A DNA stretch of 63,994 bases, filler included, from Octopus bimaculoides (lineage: Eukaryota): NCBI RefSeq assembly GCF_001194135.2. It is 6 parts of 6 records of this genome, joined end to end, with 100 filler letters (N's around TTAATTAATTAA, not from the genome) between each part and the next. Parts side by side here need not be neighbours in the genome. Positions count along the whole stretch, not along the records: positions 1 to 15,009 come from NW_026399621.1; positions 15,110 to 28,200 come from NC_068984.1; 4 more parts are not named here. The stretch is one strand, 5' to 3'. Below the pieces are notes generated by a model. That model worked only from the letters and a program-made list of their open reading frames with translations, was not told the DNA's origin and did not search any database. A program made the position numbers and the translations under genes. Shown piece by piece: positions 12,620 through 24,895 of the stretch; the stretch's first letter is position 1, and every line of letters starts with the position of its first letter.

Positions 12620-13700
12620 CACTGCTTCAGTTTTTGTCCTTGTACTAATCCAAAGAAATTATTATTAATAGATATCAGAATGGTGAACAACGGTGAATGG
12701 TAGAATGTTTTTGTTAACGGTTTAATGAAGACAATGGAAGTTGCCTGAATGATGTTTGAGGATTCTCTGAGCTCTGAGTTGATATTTATTTTGAAACAAC
12801 TACAATTCAAAAACTGTTCCAAAATAATGAGCAGGGTTAGAGTCTTAGAAGCTGAAATCCTGAAGAATAAAGATTGGGTATAGCAGTTAGTGTGGAGTCT
12901 TGGTGTTGGTTGGAATAGCATAGCTGTCAAGAGGAGGAGAGAAGAATTTATCAGGTGAGCTTGGGTGAAGATAATAATGAACCAGCATGGCTTGAAGAGC
13001 AGAAGCTATGTATTACCTGAAGAGAAAGCAAAGTTAAAAGGTTGCATGCCTGTAGCCTACTGGTTTCATGACATATATATATATATTCTTCACCTGGACA
13101 GGACACTGGTCCATTGGAGGATTACTCATTTTTGCAAGCTGAGTGGACTGGAGCAACATGAAATGATGAAGTGTTTTGGTCAAGAACACATCACATCACC
13201 TGGTTCTGGAATCAAAACCACAATCATATGATGATGAGTCCAACACCCTAACCACTAAGCCATGTGCCTTCACAATTGTTCTTTCACTGCCCAGTTAATT
13301 GGTTTGCCTTTTGGGAGGTAGGATGAGGTCTAGATATTTTATGTATAACAACTGCACCACTCAGATGTGGCAACACTAATCCTTTCTGAGTCTCATGGCT
13401 TTTGTATAAAGTAAGTTCGACGCAGAAGTACTTTTTGGCTCTGAAGCAGAAGGTTAGATTTAGGTTGTAGTTTTTTTTGTCTTTGTTCTGAATATGAAAT
13501 CATCAGGAGACTTAAACAAGGGTTTGACTTTACTCTTCAGTTTTGATAATATTTCATGATTTAATTGCAAGAAAAACTGAAATGCATATGATATTCTCTG
13601 TAAGGACTTCTGAGACTGCAGGGAAAAGAGAGGAAAATGAAGTCTCTTGAGTTGCTGCAGTAGGAAGTAGTGCAGTACATCCACGTATTATCAGATTGTA
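12620..13700 (-). mobile_element. Old CR1/L2-type LINE remnants (12620-12960 and about 13290-13700), interrupted by a SINE
   Basis: Minus translations resemble the LINE EN-RT linker and RT start: PLFKSPDD; IILEQFLNCSCF..ATSIVFIKP..TFYHSPL versus typical ILAELFNKCL..SCFP..SSVVPVFK..NYRPVSL. Confidence 0.45.
13085..13272 (-). mobile_element. tRNA-derived SINE family C fragment
   Basis: GTGGACTGGAGCAACATGAAAT..CAAGAACAC..AATCAAAACCAC..ACCACTAAGCCA is the reverse complement of a tRNA head plus conserved core; related to 16990, 52570 and 60350. Confidence 0.75.
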
Positions 13701-15109
13701 GAGCTGAGCTGAATGCATGCAACAAAGTAGACTCTTGTTAAATTTATCCCAAGGCCAGCTAATTAACTAAGTACCACTCAAATACTGAGGTGGACTTAAA
13801 TGATGTGCCTACTTCCATAGGTTGTATCCTTGGACTTATGCAAAATAAATCCATATTACATTGTTCTGTTTGCAATTGAAATTGCCTTCCATCTACTATT
13901 GAATACAAGAGTTCAAGCCAGAACAGCTAGTTGTATTACAAATTGTCTGTGCCACCATTATCTTCACAGTCATTGTTGACACTAATTTCTACAAACTCAC
14001 TTTTTGTTCTCTATTTCAGTAATAAGAAAACATTTGCAAGAATCTTTTTTTTATTTTCTATTTCTCTTTCATTGTTTTTGTTTTGTTTGTTTTCCTTTCA
14101 CTCTCTTCCGATGTTCTTTCTCTTTTTTTTTTCCCTTGAAATTCTAGGATGAATAGTGCTGTTTTCCAATTGTTGTAGGCAAAAGAAAATTTTGCGATGA
14201 AATGAAAGCATTGAAAACTTGCAGGAGCCACCTAAACTGTCTAGGTTAGTGGACAATACAAACATCTCCAATGACAAGTTAAGGAGACGTGCAGACTACA
14301 AAACAGCCTGTTCATGGATTTTTGCTTAAAGAGACCAAGTGACATGCTAACAAAAGGTAGAATGACAGAAACTAATATTATACTTGATCGAATGAAAAGA
14401 AATTGTTTTAAAACAAAAATTTAAAAAACAAAAATTGAAAGCAAAAGAGTAATCTAGTTAAAAGAATTTTAAAAAATCCAAATGATATCAGTTGGGGGAT
14501 ATTCTTATTTACTCAAAGACAAACAAAAGATGAAATGAGTGAGAAATCATAAGACAAGGCAGGAAAAACAAAAATCAATACGATATACACAATATGAACA
14601 GAAAACTTACGCAGTCTGTAATATGGATTAAGTCTTTTATGGGAATATTTCTATATTAATATTTCTTGTAATTAGGTGTGAGGTATTTAATTGATTTGCA
14701 ATATACATGAAATTCTGGTTTTAAAGCTAGATTAAGTTCTCGTCCATTAACTGACAAACAAATATCTTCTCAATTTTCTATGTTTACTCAGGATTTTAAT
14801 GTGATAAATGGAAAGTATATCAATGTAATATTCTAGTGCTTCTTATGATTAAAGACGATGAAGACATTGTAAAGTGAAGGATGAAAATCACAAGACTATC
14901 TATGTTAAAATATGAGAGAACACCTGAAGATATAGTGGTTATGTACATACACAGACACATTACACATACTCAGGTACACCAGCACATCATTGTTTCTATA
15001 TACACACATNNNNNNNNNNNNNNNNNNNNNNNNNNNNNNNNNNNNNNNNNNNNTTAATTAATTAANNNNNNNNNNNNNNNNNNNNNNNNNNNNNNNNNNN
15101 NNNNNNNNN

Positions 15110-15475
15110 CTCTAAAAGAAATGGAAAAACTTTCAAAATACAAAGACCTGGAAATAGAGGTAACTCGAATGTGGAATCTAAAAGCAGAAACAATTCCTAT
15201 CATAGTAGGTGCCTTATGTATAATAAAAAAATATTCAGACAAATACATAACAAAAACACCAGGACTTACAAATATATATAACATACAGAAAATTGCACTA
15301 CTGGGCACTGCACACATCCTACGCAAAACACTTTCAATACAGTAACCATAAGAGCACCACAGCAAACCACAGCACATATCCGAGGCGCACAGAGCTGCGC
15401 TCGGTAGTGAAGTGAAAGCACGTTATAAAAATAAAACTACTGAACAATAATAATAATAATAAGGATTATTATTAT
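15110..15475 (+). mobile_element. 3' end of R4/Dong-like RLE LINE with (TAA)n tail
   Basis: ORF EKLSKYKDLEIEVTRMWNLKAETIPIIVGAL...IQKIALLGTAHILRKTL (RLE C-terminus), short 3' UTR with AATAAA, then (ATA)n/(TTA)n. Confidence 0.88.
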
Positions 15476-15802
15476 TATATCGAGCTGGCAGATTCGACAG
15501 TACGCCGGGCGAAATGTAAACGCGTTTGTATGTGTGTTGTATGTAGCACTGGCTTTTAGCCGATCCCCTACCAATTGTTGAATCTTATCTGTTTTCCAAG
15601 TTAGGGATATTTCCCTTACGTTCGAAGGGGATTTATCGACAGGAGTAGTGACAAAAGCACACCAAGTAACTCGAGACTTTTGAAGAGCACAAATGTAAAC
15701 GCACAGATACACAAATAGCATACTCACTCCACATACATATACGTAATACATATAAATATTTATACACACATACGCGCGCACACACACATACCTACACATA
15801 TA

Positions 15803-15857
<55 letters not shown>

Positions 15858-16707
15858 NNNNNNNNNNNNNNNNNNNNNNNNNNNNNNNNNNNNNNNNNNN
15901 NNNNNNNNNNNNNNNNNNNNNNNNNNNNNNNNNNNNNNNNNNNNNNNNNNNNNNNNNNNNNNNNNNNNNNNNNNNNNNNNNNNNNNNNNNNNNNNNNNNN
16001 NNNNNNNNNNNNNNNNNNNNNNNNNNNNNNNNNNNNNNNNNNNNNNNNNNNNNNNNNNNNNNNNNNNNNNNNNNNNNNNNNNNNNNNNNNNNNNNNNNNN
16101 NNNNNNNNNNNNNNNNNNNNNNNNNNNNNNNNNNNNNNNNNNNNNNNNNNNNNNNNNNNNNNNNNNNNNNNNNNNNNNNNNNNNNNNNNNNNNNNNNNNN
16201 NNNNNNNNNNNNNNNNNNNNNNNNNNNNNNNNNNNNNNNNNNNNNNNNNNNNNNNNNNNNNNNNNNNNNNNNNNNNNNNNNNNNNNNNNNNNNNNNNNNN
16301 NNNNNNNNNNNNNNNNNNNNNNNNNNNNNNNNNNNNNNNNNNNNNNNNNNNNNNNNNNNNNNNNNNNNNNNNNNNNNNNNNNNNNNNNNNNNNNNNNNNN
16401 NNNNNNNNNNNNNNNNNNNNNNNNNNNNNNNNNNNNNNNNNNNNNNNNNNNNNNNNNNNNNNNNNNNNNNNNNNNNNNNNNNNNNNNNNNNNNNNNNNNN
16501 NNNNNNNNNNNNNNNNNNNNNNNNNNNNAGTCGGGATATTGCATCGAAATGGTCATAAGTCATTAAAGAGTTTTTTTTACAATGGATCGCGTTATAGCTC
16601 TTATTTAAATTGATATGCACACAAAATTGTATGATTAAAACCTTTCATATGCTACGTTGATAATAGGTACAATATTTTTACCAAATTTTTGGTAGAGATC
16701 TATAAAT

Positions 16708-16740
<33 letters not shown>

Positions 16741-16989
16741 CACGCGCACACACACACACACACACACACATATATGTAGTTGTTTGTGTGTGAGTGTGCA
16801 TTTGAGTGTCATGTTATTAGTATAACATTTGAGAAAAAGGAAGTATCTTTAACATGTCAGATGTTAGTCTTTCATCAGAAAAAGGAATGAGAAAACTAAG
16901 GAAAAAAAAGATAATAAATGGTGGTAGAAAGATCAGGTAGGAAAGCAGTTTTATGAAGATGAGTTAAGACGATCATGTAGTTTTCTTTT

Positions 16990-17330
16990 CACATGAGCCA
17001 TATGGTCTATGTTCAACTTGTAACAGGGTGAATACCTCCTTCGGTCATAGATTGCACCTAGAAAGCTACCCAAGTCCGGACAAAGTTGTTTATAGAAGAC
17101 CAGCAGTGACCTATGCATATCAGCCTCCCCTGTCGACGCCACCGATGTTATCCAAGGAAAGGCAAGTCTAATACGGCTTTGCACCAGTGATGTCACAACT
17201 CATTTCTACAGCTGAATGAACTGGAGCAATGTGAAATAAAGTGTCTTACTCATGAATACAACACACAGCCAGGTCCGGGAATCGAACTCACTAACTCGTG
17301 ATTGTGAGCCCGACGCTCTAGCCGCTGAAC
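16990..17330 (-). mobile_element. tRNA-derived SINE family C
   Basis: Minus head TCAGCGGCTAGAGCGTCGGGCTCACAATC..GAGTTCGATTCCCGG followed by the core CACATTGCTCCAGTTCATTCAGCTG. Confidence 0.8.
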
Positions 17331-17392
17331 TGAATCCTATATTTTTCTCTGTTTCATTTTACACATTTATTTAGAGTTGTTGATGAAATAAT

Positions 17393-17782
17393 GTGGAGGC
17401 GCAATAGCCCAGTGGTTAGGGCAGCGGACTCGCAGTCATAGGATCGCGGTTTCGATTTCCAGACCGGGCGTTGTGAGTATTTATTGAGCGAAAACACCTA
17501 AAAGCTCCACGTGGCTCCGGCAGGGGATGGTGGTGAACCCTGCTGTACTCTTCCAGCACAACTTTCTCTCACTGTTTCTTCCTGTTTCTGTTGTGCCTGT
17601 ATTTCAAAGGGCCAGCCTTGTCACACTCTGTGTCACGCTGAACTTCCCCGAGAACTACGTTAAGGGTACAAGTGTCTGTGGAGTGCTCAGTCACTTGCAC
17701 GTTAATTTCACGAGCAGGCTGTTCCGTTGATTGGATCAACTGGAACCCTCGACGTCGTAAGCGACGGAGTGCCAACAACAAC
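17393..17782 (+). mobile_element. tRNA-derived SINE family D, complete, with 11-bp TSD
   Basis: A-box TAGCCCAGTGG, B-box-like GGTTTCGATTTCC and (CAA)n tail; flanked by GATGAAATAAT at 17382-17392 and 17783-17793. Confidence 0.9.
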
Positions 17783-18464
17783 GATGAAATAATAGACAAA
17801 GAAAAAAATATGTTTCAAATATATGTTATAGAAACAAAGCTTCTCTAAATAAATCCTTTTATTATATTTTAGTACAAACGCTTACACATACACACATACA
17901 CGCACTCGCACACGCATACACACACACGTACACGCACACACACATACGCATGCATCCCCCTCTACACACACAGATATACATTCATGCATGCACATTTCAT
18001 TAAATATACGATTATAATCAAGTTTTATCTTGATTTTCTCATTTTCTTATTAGGTTTTCTCTTACAGTTAGTTTGGAACAAGAGAGTTTCTATATTCATA
18101 TTCTACGTTTCCATACTTTCGTATTCTCTTTTCAAGAAATGAATATATTTGGCCGTCTATTCTTTCTTATATATTCTGGTTAAATTCGTATAAACTTACT
18201 TACGAAAGTTTTTTGACCGTTAATTTCATGCAGTATATACACATGCATGTACACACACACACACACGCACACATACATACACACACAGACAAACACACAC
18301 AAATATATATACATACATATATATATACATATAAACTTAGGTTACATATACATATGCACATATGTTACATATACATAGGCACATATATGAATATGGAGGG
18401 CGACAGATAACTTGATAGACAGACAACATGAGTTATAAAAAGTCAAATTTAAAAATTGCCATAC

Positions 18465-18698
18465 CTTCATAGCTTCCCTTGTTGACGCGGTAGGATACAT
18501 TTTTATAAGATAAGGGTACCACAGCGAAGTGAACATAAGCATTTGTCACATTAGAAATACAGCTATATTTCACCACAGAATATAAAGACGATGCGCCTGG
18601 AGAAATAAGACTAACTTGTGGAATGGTCAATAAGGACGCACTTATGCTCCGTTCATCAACAAAGAAATGTCTATAATGCCATTTGCAAGTTACCGTAA
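18465..18698 (-). CDS. Internal exon (234 nt, phase 1-1) of an Ig-superfamily gene: end of one Ig-like domain and start of the next
   Basis: Acceptor TTTTTATTTTACAG, donor GTATGG. Open frame (V)TVTCKWHYRHFFVDERSISASLLTIPQVSLISPGASSLYSVVKYSCISNVTNAYVHFAVVPLSYKNVSYRVNKGSYE; splices in frame to 20978-21187. Confidence 0.85.
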
Positions 18699-18913
18699 CT
18701 GTAAAATAAAAAGTGAAAAAAAGTAAATAAAAAAAACAACATTTATCTGAGATATAGTAAAGTTACAAAGTTATATAATCATCTCAGATTAGGGAAATAA
18801 TTCTATATGAGACTTAAAATAGTGGTAATAAATTTAATATCTCGAATATTCATTTACAAAATCAAATTTGAAACTGAACTAAATTAGCAACATACTTTTC
18901 TTCACATTCTTTC

Positions 18914-19050
<137 letters not shown>

Positions 19051-19059
19051 ATACATACT

Positions 19060-19222
19060 GGCATTTCGTAGGTTACGACGACGAGAGTTCCAGTTGTTCC
19101 CAGAGAACAACCTGCTCGTGAAATTAACGTGCAAGTGGCTGAACGCTCTACAAACACGCGTACCCATAACGTAGTTCTCAAGGAGATTCAACGTGATGCA
19201 GAATGTGACAAGGCTGACCCTT
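19060..19222 (-). mobile_element. SINE family D 3' fragment
   Basis: Reverse complement of CTTGTCACA..CACTTGCACGTTAATTTCACGAGCAGG..AACTGGAAC..CGTCGTAA seen at 17620-17765. A shorter piece lies at about 20690-20745. Confidence 0.8.
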
Positions 19223-19369
19223 TAAAAATATTCTGCTCAATATCACAGATTTGCTTGTTAGTTTCTTGACTTTAACCATTTGAGCATGCATGTCCCTTAG
19301 TGGCTGATAATATGCGCATCTCTGATCCTGAAGGATTCTTTGGGGTTTGAACAAATGTAACGAAAGTAA

Positions 19370-19810
19370 AGTTTGAAGAAAATAATCATTTTTCATATTT
19401 TCTAGAAGTAAGCAAATAGGAAATAATTCTATATCCTTCATACAAGCTAACACTTGCCTCACTTGCCTCACTTGCCTCACTTGCCTCATCAATAACCTCT
19501 AACCTTGAAATTTATCTTCTCCTCTCACTACTCTCAATCTAAATACCTCCAACTCCTCCTTCTAATACACTTAGTTCTCTACATAATCATTACGTCTTTA
19601 ATCACCTTTCTGTCAATAACTCAAATGTAAAATTCTTCGCTGAAGACGGAGGCTGGTATTATCCGATGATGGAATCAATTTACAATCATTATTTTGGACC
19701 ACCGAGACCCCAGAAACAGCTGTTTGACTCGTACAACAATTATTCAACCCCTTTAATTCCTGATATGATTTCTATTCTGTGTAAGTCGGACCTTTTTATA
19801 TGTAAACATA
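19370..19810 (+). mobile_element. Probable PLE 3' end / terminal repeat with hammerhead-like motif
   Basis: C/T-rich UTR-like tract, then CTGAAGA (19640-19646) ... GAAAC AGCT GTT (19713-19724), the same ACAGCTGT palindrome as the PLE-linked motif at 37812. Confidence 0.45.
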
Positions 19811-19900
19811 CGTACAGTTTTTGTATTAAATGTATTTAATATATTTGTATATCGACTTATCTAACTTACTTATACTTACACACACACACAGACACATACA

Positions 19901-19938
<38 letters not shown>

Positions 19939-20009
19939 TGTGTGTGTATGTGTGTATGTATGTGTGTGTGAGTGTGTGTGTGTGTATGTGAGTATAGCAG
20001 CTTATTAAA

Positions 20010-20390
20010 TAATCGGAATCTTCAATGTCATAGAGCTGTCTTTTTTGCCCTTTGGAAATGCTGAAAACTAGTTAACGATGGTAAATTTTATTTCATATTC
20101 AAAACTGGTTGTTCTAGTTTTATTTTTTTCTCTTGCCTATCTTGGAAGAAGCTGTAAATTTTCCTTATTTCTTCCAATCATCTCAGCCAGTAAACATCAA
20201 GTTGCCCTGAGACCTGAAGCATCAATATTATACTTAAGACTTGTGAGACAAGATCTGTCTCTACCTGAAAACAACAGCCACCATCCCGATGAGTTCGCAC
20301 GTTCGAAGATACAACGTTCAGTTGCTTCTTGCCAGTTTCTTAAAGTCATTTAAAATATTCTTAATGCTTGAAATTGCATAACCAGTCAAA
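20010..20390 (-). mobile_element. Very old CR1/L2-like LINE 3' remnant
   Basis: Weak resemblance to a CR1 C-terminus near 20010-20050; no clean frame. Confidence 0.3.
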
Positions 20391-20452
20391 TGCAACAATA
20401 TAACCAGCTGAAACATGAGTAAGTATTTTTAGGGCACGATCGCCTACTCATG

Positions 20453-20488
<36 letters not shown>

Positions 20489-20977
20489 NNNNNNNNNNNN
20501 NNNNNNNNNNNNNNNNNNNNNNNNNNNNNNNNNNNNNNNNNNNNNNNNNNNNNNNNNNNNNNNNNNNNNNNATACACACACAACCACACATATGTATGTG
20601 TGTGTCTAACCGTGCGTGTATGTGTAATTCTCACACACTCTCTCTTTCTCCAAGGATGATTTAGTTTAGGGACTGAGATAAGGGTGGACGTATCTGTGGA
20701 ATATTCAGCGACTAACACATTAATTTCACGAGTTTCAATTCTGCTGATCAAACATTTGAATACTCCTCGATGAAAGGGACAGTAAATCCACAATATGTAT
20801 ATACGTATATGCATATACGCTTAAATACATTATCCATATATACACACATATACATTCACACACACAAGCGCGCGCACTAACATGTATAGAGAAATTCATA
20901 GATAGGTAGAGAGATTGCATGTATGTGTATGTGTGTGTGTGTGTATCTATATATGCATGGAGAAAAGGTTATCTTAC

Positions 20978-21187
20978 CGTACGCATCTTTGGGCAAGTTT
21001 TTTAAAGTTAGATACCCAAATGTTTGGTTGCCAGGCATCTCTTTCTGTGTTCCTGCTATTGTTTTAGTACCATTCAAATACCAGTGGTACGCAGTCTCTG
21101 CAAATGTACTCTCTGAGAAACAGGTGAACGTTATATTGTTAAAGCTGTGCATTGTTATCCCAACTCCATTCAGTGAAGATGCATTCG
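20978..21187 (-). CDS. Internal exon (210 nt, phase 1-1) encoding most of an Ig-like domain
   Basis: Acceptor TTTTCTCACATTTGCAG, donor GTAAGA. Frame NASSLNGVGITMHSFNNITFTCFSESTFAETAYHWYLNGTKTIAGTQKEMPGNQTFGYLTLKNLPKDAY contains B-strand Cys, C-strand WYLNG, E-strand LTLKNL and four N-x-S/T sites. Confidence 0.88.
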
Positions 21188-21349
21188 CTGCAAATGTGAG
21201 AAAATACTGAATTAGGCTTTAATGAAAATAGTAAAAAATAATATTATAGGTATTAGAATTTAACACGAGAACAAATATTTTTCCGTTTTGTATATAAGAT
21301 GATAAAAATTTTAGATCATAATTTTCATTGCAATATTTATATCTTATAA

Positions 21350-21552
21350 GGCGGTGAGCTGGCAGAAACGTCAGCACGCTTAGCAGTATTTCGTCTGTCT
21401 TTATGTTCTGAGTTCAAATTCCGCTGAGGTCGACTTTGTCTTCTATCCTTTCGGGGTCGATAAATTAAGTACCAGTTGCGTACTGGAATCGATCTAATCG
21501 ACTGGCCCCTCCTCCAAAATTTCGGGCCTTGTTCCTAGAGTAAACAGAATAT
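21350..21552 (+). mobile_element. tRNA-derived SINE family B
   Basis: GGCGGTGAGCTGGCAGAA head, GAGTTCAAATTCC B box, central GTCGACTTTG..ATCCTTTCGGGGTCGATAAATTAAGTACCAG. Confidence 0.88.
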
Positions 21553-21577
21553 TTATATCATATACTTTAGATGAATT

Positions 21578-22400
21578 TCTATTATTATTATTATTATTAT
21601 TTTCTTTATCACAGGTTTTGTTGGAGTTCCTGGAGTCTTACTTGCATGCGAAGCGGGATTGCTGCTTGCAACGTACGGCACTATCTTCACATTCTTCACT
21701 TTCCATCGCCGGGCTATTTCGTACTTAAGAGGGTTGTATTTATCTATTTTTTCGTCTTCCTTCTTGACTATTCGTGTGTGAAAGGGGACATGCAAAATCA
21801 GCTATATAGCATATGTGGTGTACTTTGTCCACCACCACTAGGTCCGCTCTGTTATGCTCTAGCACTGACTCCGACTCCGCTACTCTGTGCTGTTTGTGCT
21901 CATACCACGCCTTGCTCCTCTGTAACCCCCACTTTTTACACACTTTTCAATGTAGTACTTTCGCTACCTGATCGTGTCGCGCAACTTGTAGTGGTTTTGA
22001 GCAAGTCTAGGGTATTCGTTCGTGATATGGAAAATGGTTTCATCCACTTTGTTGCAGATACAGCACACCGGAGACACTTGCTCATTCCTAAGGTTCACCC
22101 TCTTGTTCGTGGCTAAAGCTTGGTCTTGTGTTATCAGTATATTGCTCTCTTTTTTTTAATGCTCCTTTCATCAGCCAACCTCACCTATTTTTCGCAGCAG
22201 CCTCTGTTGTGGCTACATGGAACTGATTCTGTAGTCCCTTCTTGCGTAATTCTTCTTCATGTATTTTTGATACTTCTTCCTTTGTTTTCCCTTTTTTCTT
22301 TGCTTTCAATACTCCTTCATTCCTAACTGTCACTAGCAAAGTTTCCTTACTTTGTGCTCGGTATCTCATTAAGCTCTTAAGTTAGATATGTACGCAGTCC
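21578..22400 (-). mobile_element. R4/Dong-like RLE LINE 3' part (zinc knuckle + RLE) with (TAA)n tail
   Basis: Minus translation QDQALATN..SPVCCICNKVDETIFHIT..HDQVAKVLH..NRADLVVVDK..IADFACPF..KEDEKIDKYNPLKYEIARRW; tail at 21578-21600. Confidence 0.88.
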
Positions 22401-22499
22401 GCTTAGTATCCAATATTGTGATGTTAATTGAAGATATTTTGTCTGTCAAGTCACAACAAGGACCTCAGACAACAGTACTTTATGCAATATGCATAATCA

Positions 22500-23240
22500 G
22501 TTCCAAGTAATGCATAATCAGTTCCAAGTAATGCCGAGTTTTGCAATACACCTGGATTGTAGGGTATTTCTAAAGTTTCCAAATGTTTTTCAGGTTGTTT
22601 GGTATTGAACCCAATGCTCCGATGACACTAGGGACAACATTTATATTTGATCCTCGTAGCTGCCACATCTTGGTGATCTCGATTCTCAGGTTTCCATAAT
22701 TATCGATCTTTTCACTTTCTTTCATGATAATATGTTGATCTGGCACTGCCACTTCAGTTATTAGGCACCCTTTTTTCTCCCTCCTAAAGGTTACTATGCC
22801 CGGCCTTCGGTGCTTTAACACCTTGTCTGTCTGGAAGTTAAAGTCCCAGAGGATTTTTGTCTTCCTCTTTTCGTCCATTACCTTTCTGGTGTATGTTAGT
22901 ACCAAGCATCCGTTATCTCGTATCCATACTTCCGGCATAGTAGCCAGTGAAGTTTCTGCTCTACCTTGTCGTGTATGCGCTTGTACGCTTTCTGCGTAAG
23001 ACTTTCACAAGCACCAGCATTGAGTCACGCTTTCGACCCTCTTCCAACGAATTCTGCAGAGGTTCGTTACACTTGTGTGGTATATATCTCTTTCCGCTGA
23101 GTTGGTATTCAATGCCTGATCCTAAGCAGTGATAATTAGGCTTTCATTCTTTTTTTTAGGTCACTCTTGTTGAGCCACCTCCATGATGCTTCCTGACCTT
23201 TTAAGTTGTTTCTCGTTGGCTATTCGTAATCGGAATTGAT
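22500..23240 (-). mobile_element. Second R4/Dong-like RLE LINE fragment (different subfamily)
   Basis: KILWDFNFQTDKVLKHRRPGIV..LITEVAVP..EKIDNYGNLRIEITKMW..VIGALGSIP, with the upstream HDKV..LHWLLCRKYG region. Confidence 0.88.
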
Positions 23241-23246
23241 TAACAC

Positions 23247-23338
23247 TCTTCTTCTTCTTCTTCTTCTTCTTCTTCTTCTTCTTCTTCTTCTTCTTCTTCT
23301 TCTTCTTCTTCTTCTTCTTCTTCTTCTTCTTCTTCTTC
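23247..23338. repeat. (CTT)n / (GAA)n trinucleotide tract
   Basis: About 30 perfect units abutting the 5' truncation of the LINE at 22500-23240. Confidence 0.98.
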
Positions 23339-24451
23339 GAAATTGATAAAATACCAATATTCACATAAAATCTTTTGCTTAGAGCACCGGTTTTTCACTA
23401 TTTTCTGCCGATACACACACACATACACTCACACATGTACTATTAAAAAAAAAAAACAATGATAAAATGCAACCTGGAGAGAGATGAGCAAAAATTAAAG
23501 CAAGAACTAATAGCAAAATAAAAACAATGTTTTATAATTTTGAATCAAATTCCCATATTTGTCTTTTTTTTAATCCCTTATTAAGAGAAAACGATGGTCG
23601 AGCTAGTTTCGTTCTGCCCAAAGTAGAAATAATGAAGCAGGTAGTTTTCAGGCGCTTATTTTGAAGGAGGAAACTGCATCATGCTCAAAGTTTAGCGTTA
23701 AATAAGTGTCGCTCAAATTATGCTTGCTGTTGACTTTTCTAGTTAATATGGATAGCTTCGTTAATCCCCGAGATTCCTATATTTCCCCGTGACTGTAATA
23801 TATTATTTGCGAGATCTCTCCAGCTATATATTTACAATCTGCTGCTTCTGTGACTTCATTCATGAGCCTATGGATGATCCAAAGTTGATACTTGTTCAAT
23901 GTACCACGCAATAGAATTGAACTCAGAACAACGTGCGATATAAACATTTTAACCACACAAGCATATAGTTATAAAATTTCGATTAAGTTTATTATTTATT
24001 TTTTATCGATTTCAATCTGCCCGTTCTCCTTTCTATAAAATAAAACATCTTGCTCAAAAGAATTCTCTTCCTTTTATATTTGTACCAAAAGGATTCACGC
24101 AATAAATAAAAATTCGAAACATTCTTGAAGATTATTTCTTTTAACACATTCTAATTAGTTCTAATGTTGAATACTTCAAATGCTTGTACCACAGAAAGAT
24201 AAGTTTATTGCGAGTCCAGTTGGCAACCACGTTTCAATTTCTGGTAATAGGCATATTCCTTAGGTCATATTACTAATGCCTCTTAAGAATTCGTGTATAT
24301 CATATTTTATTTCCATTCTTCTATAAATCTAGGCTTGTGTCAAGTCGAAATAAGATTAAATAATTGAGATAAAAGATTAGAAACCCTGATCGCAAACAAT
24401 AAAAGTGAAGATGAAGATCTATTCGGGATAATAGTGGCTATGATTTGTTAC

Positions 24452-24559
24452 CTCTTGAGTCTTAACTTGAATTTGCTCTTTTGCAGGAAGTCGAAATAAA
24501 CCCTCGATTCTCTCCTCAATCACATTTTTCATGTAGACAGTGAGCTGAAGAGGTTTATG
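24452..24559 (-). CDS. Candidate internal exon (108 nt, phase 0-0; alternative acceptor at 24544 gives 93 nt), gene assignment uncertain
   Basis: Donor GAG|GTAACA. The only open frame reads HKPLQLTVYMKNVIEERIEGLFRLPAKEQIQVKTQE; polypyrimidine tract moderate. Confidence 0.4.
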
Positions 24560-24825
24560 CTAGAAGTCACTGCATTAATGTTCCCATTTCATGAATGCTT
24601 GCGAAAAGAACCGGTATTATTGCGCTCATTTATTTCTAAAAAAAAATGAATTCATAACAAAGATACATACCGTTAAAAATATAAACTATTTGTTCTTTCA
24701 CAATTCCTTTGAGGTCGCCAGATACACCAAAACAGGAAATCTTCGTGTCATTTACCATTGTAAAATTTCCTAAAAAATTCAGTTGTGCATTAGTTTATTT
24801 TTTTTTCTATTCTATTAGATTCGAA

Positions 24826-24895
<70 letters not shown>

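Noticed and set aside
14790-14923. Phase-1 acceptor giving GVLSYFNIDSL.. as the next Ig exon
   Set aside because: The frame hits a stop after 34 codons with no Cys or usable donor; probably chance.
16830-16880. Minus-strand CTGATGA with a small hairpin; similar partial cores at 27440, 50800 and 56945
   Set aside because: GAAA core or stem III/I is missing or in the wrong order; too decayed to call.
8070-17460. tRNA-like sequences (A and B boxes) at SINE heads
   Set aside because: They continue into SINE bodies and lack a complete cloverleaf; not tRNA genes.
19452-19488. (CACTTGCCT)4 giving the RQVRQVRQV ORF, and other short tandem arrays
   Set aside because: Simple 9-bp tandem with no spacers, so not CRISPR-like; no coding support.
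20230-20275. Phase-1 acceptor just downstream of the first Ig exon (GRDRSCLTSL..stop)
   Set aside because: It lies in LINE-like sequence and terminates early; the 18698 exon completes the Ig fold far better.
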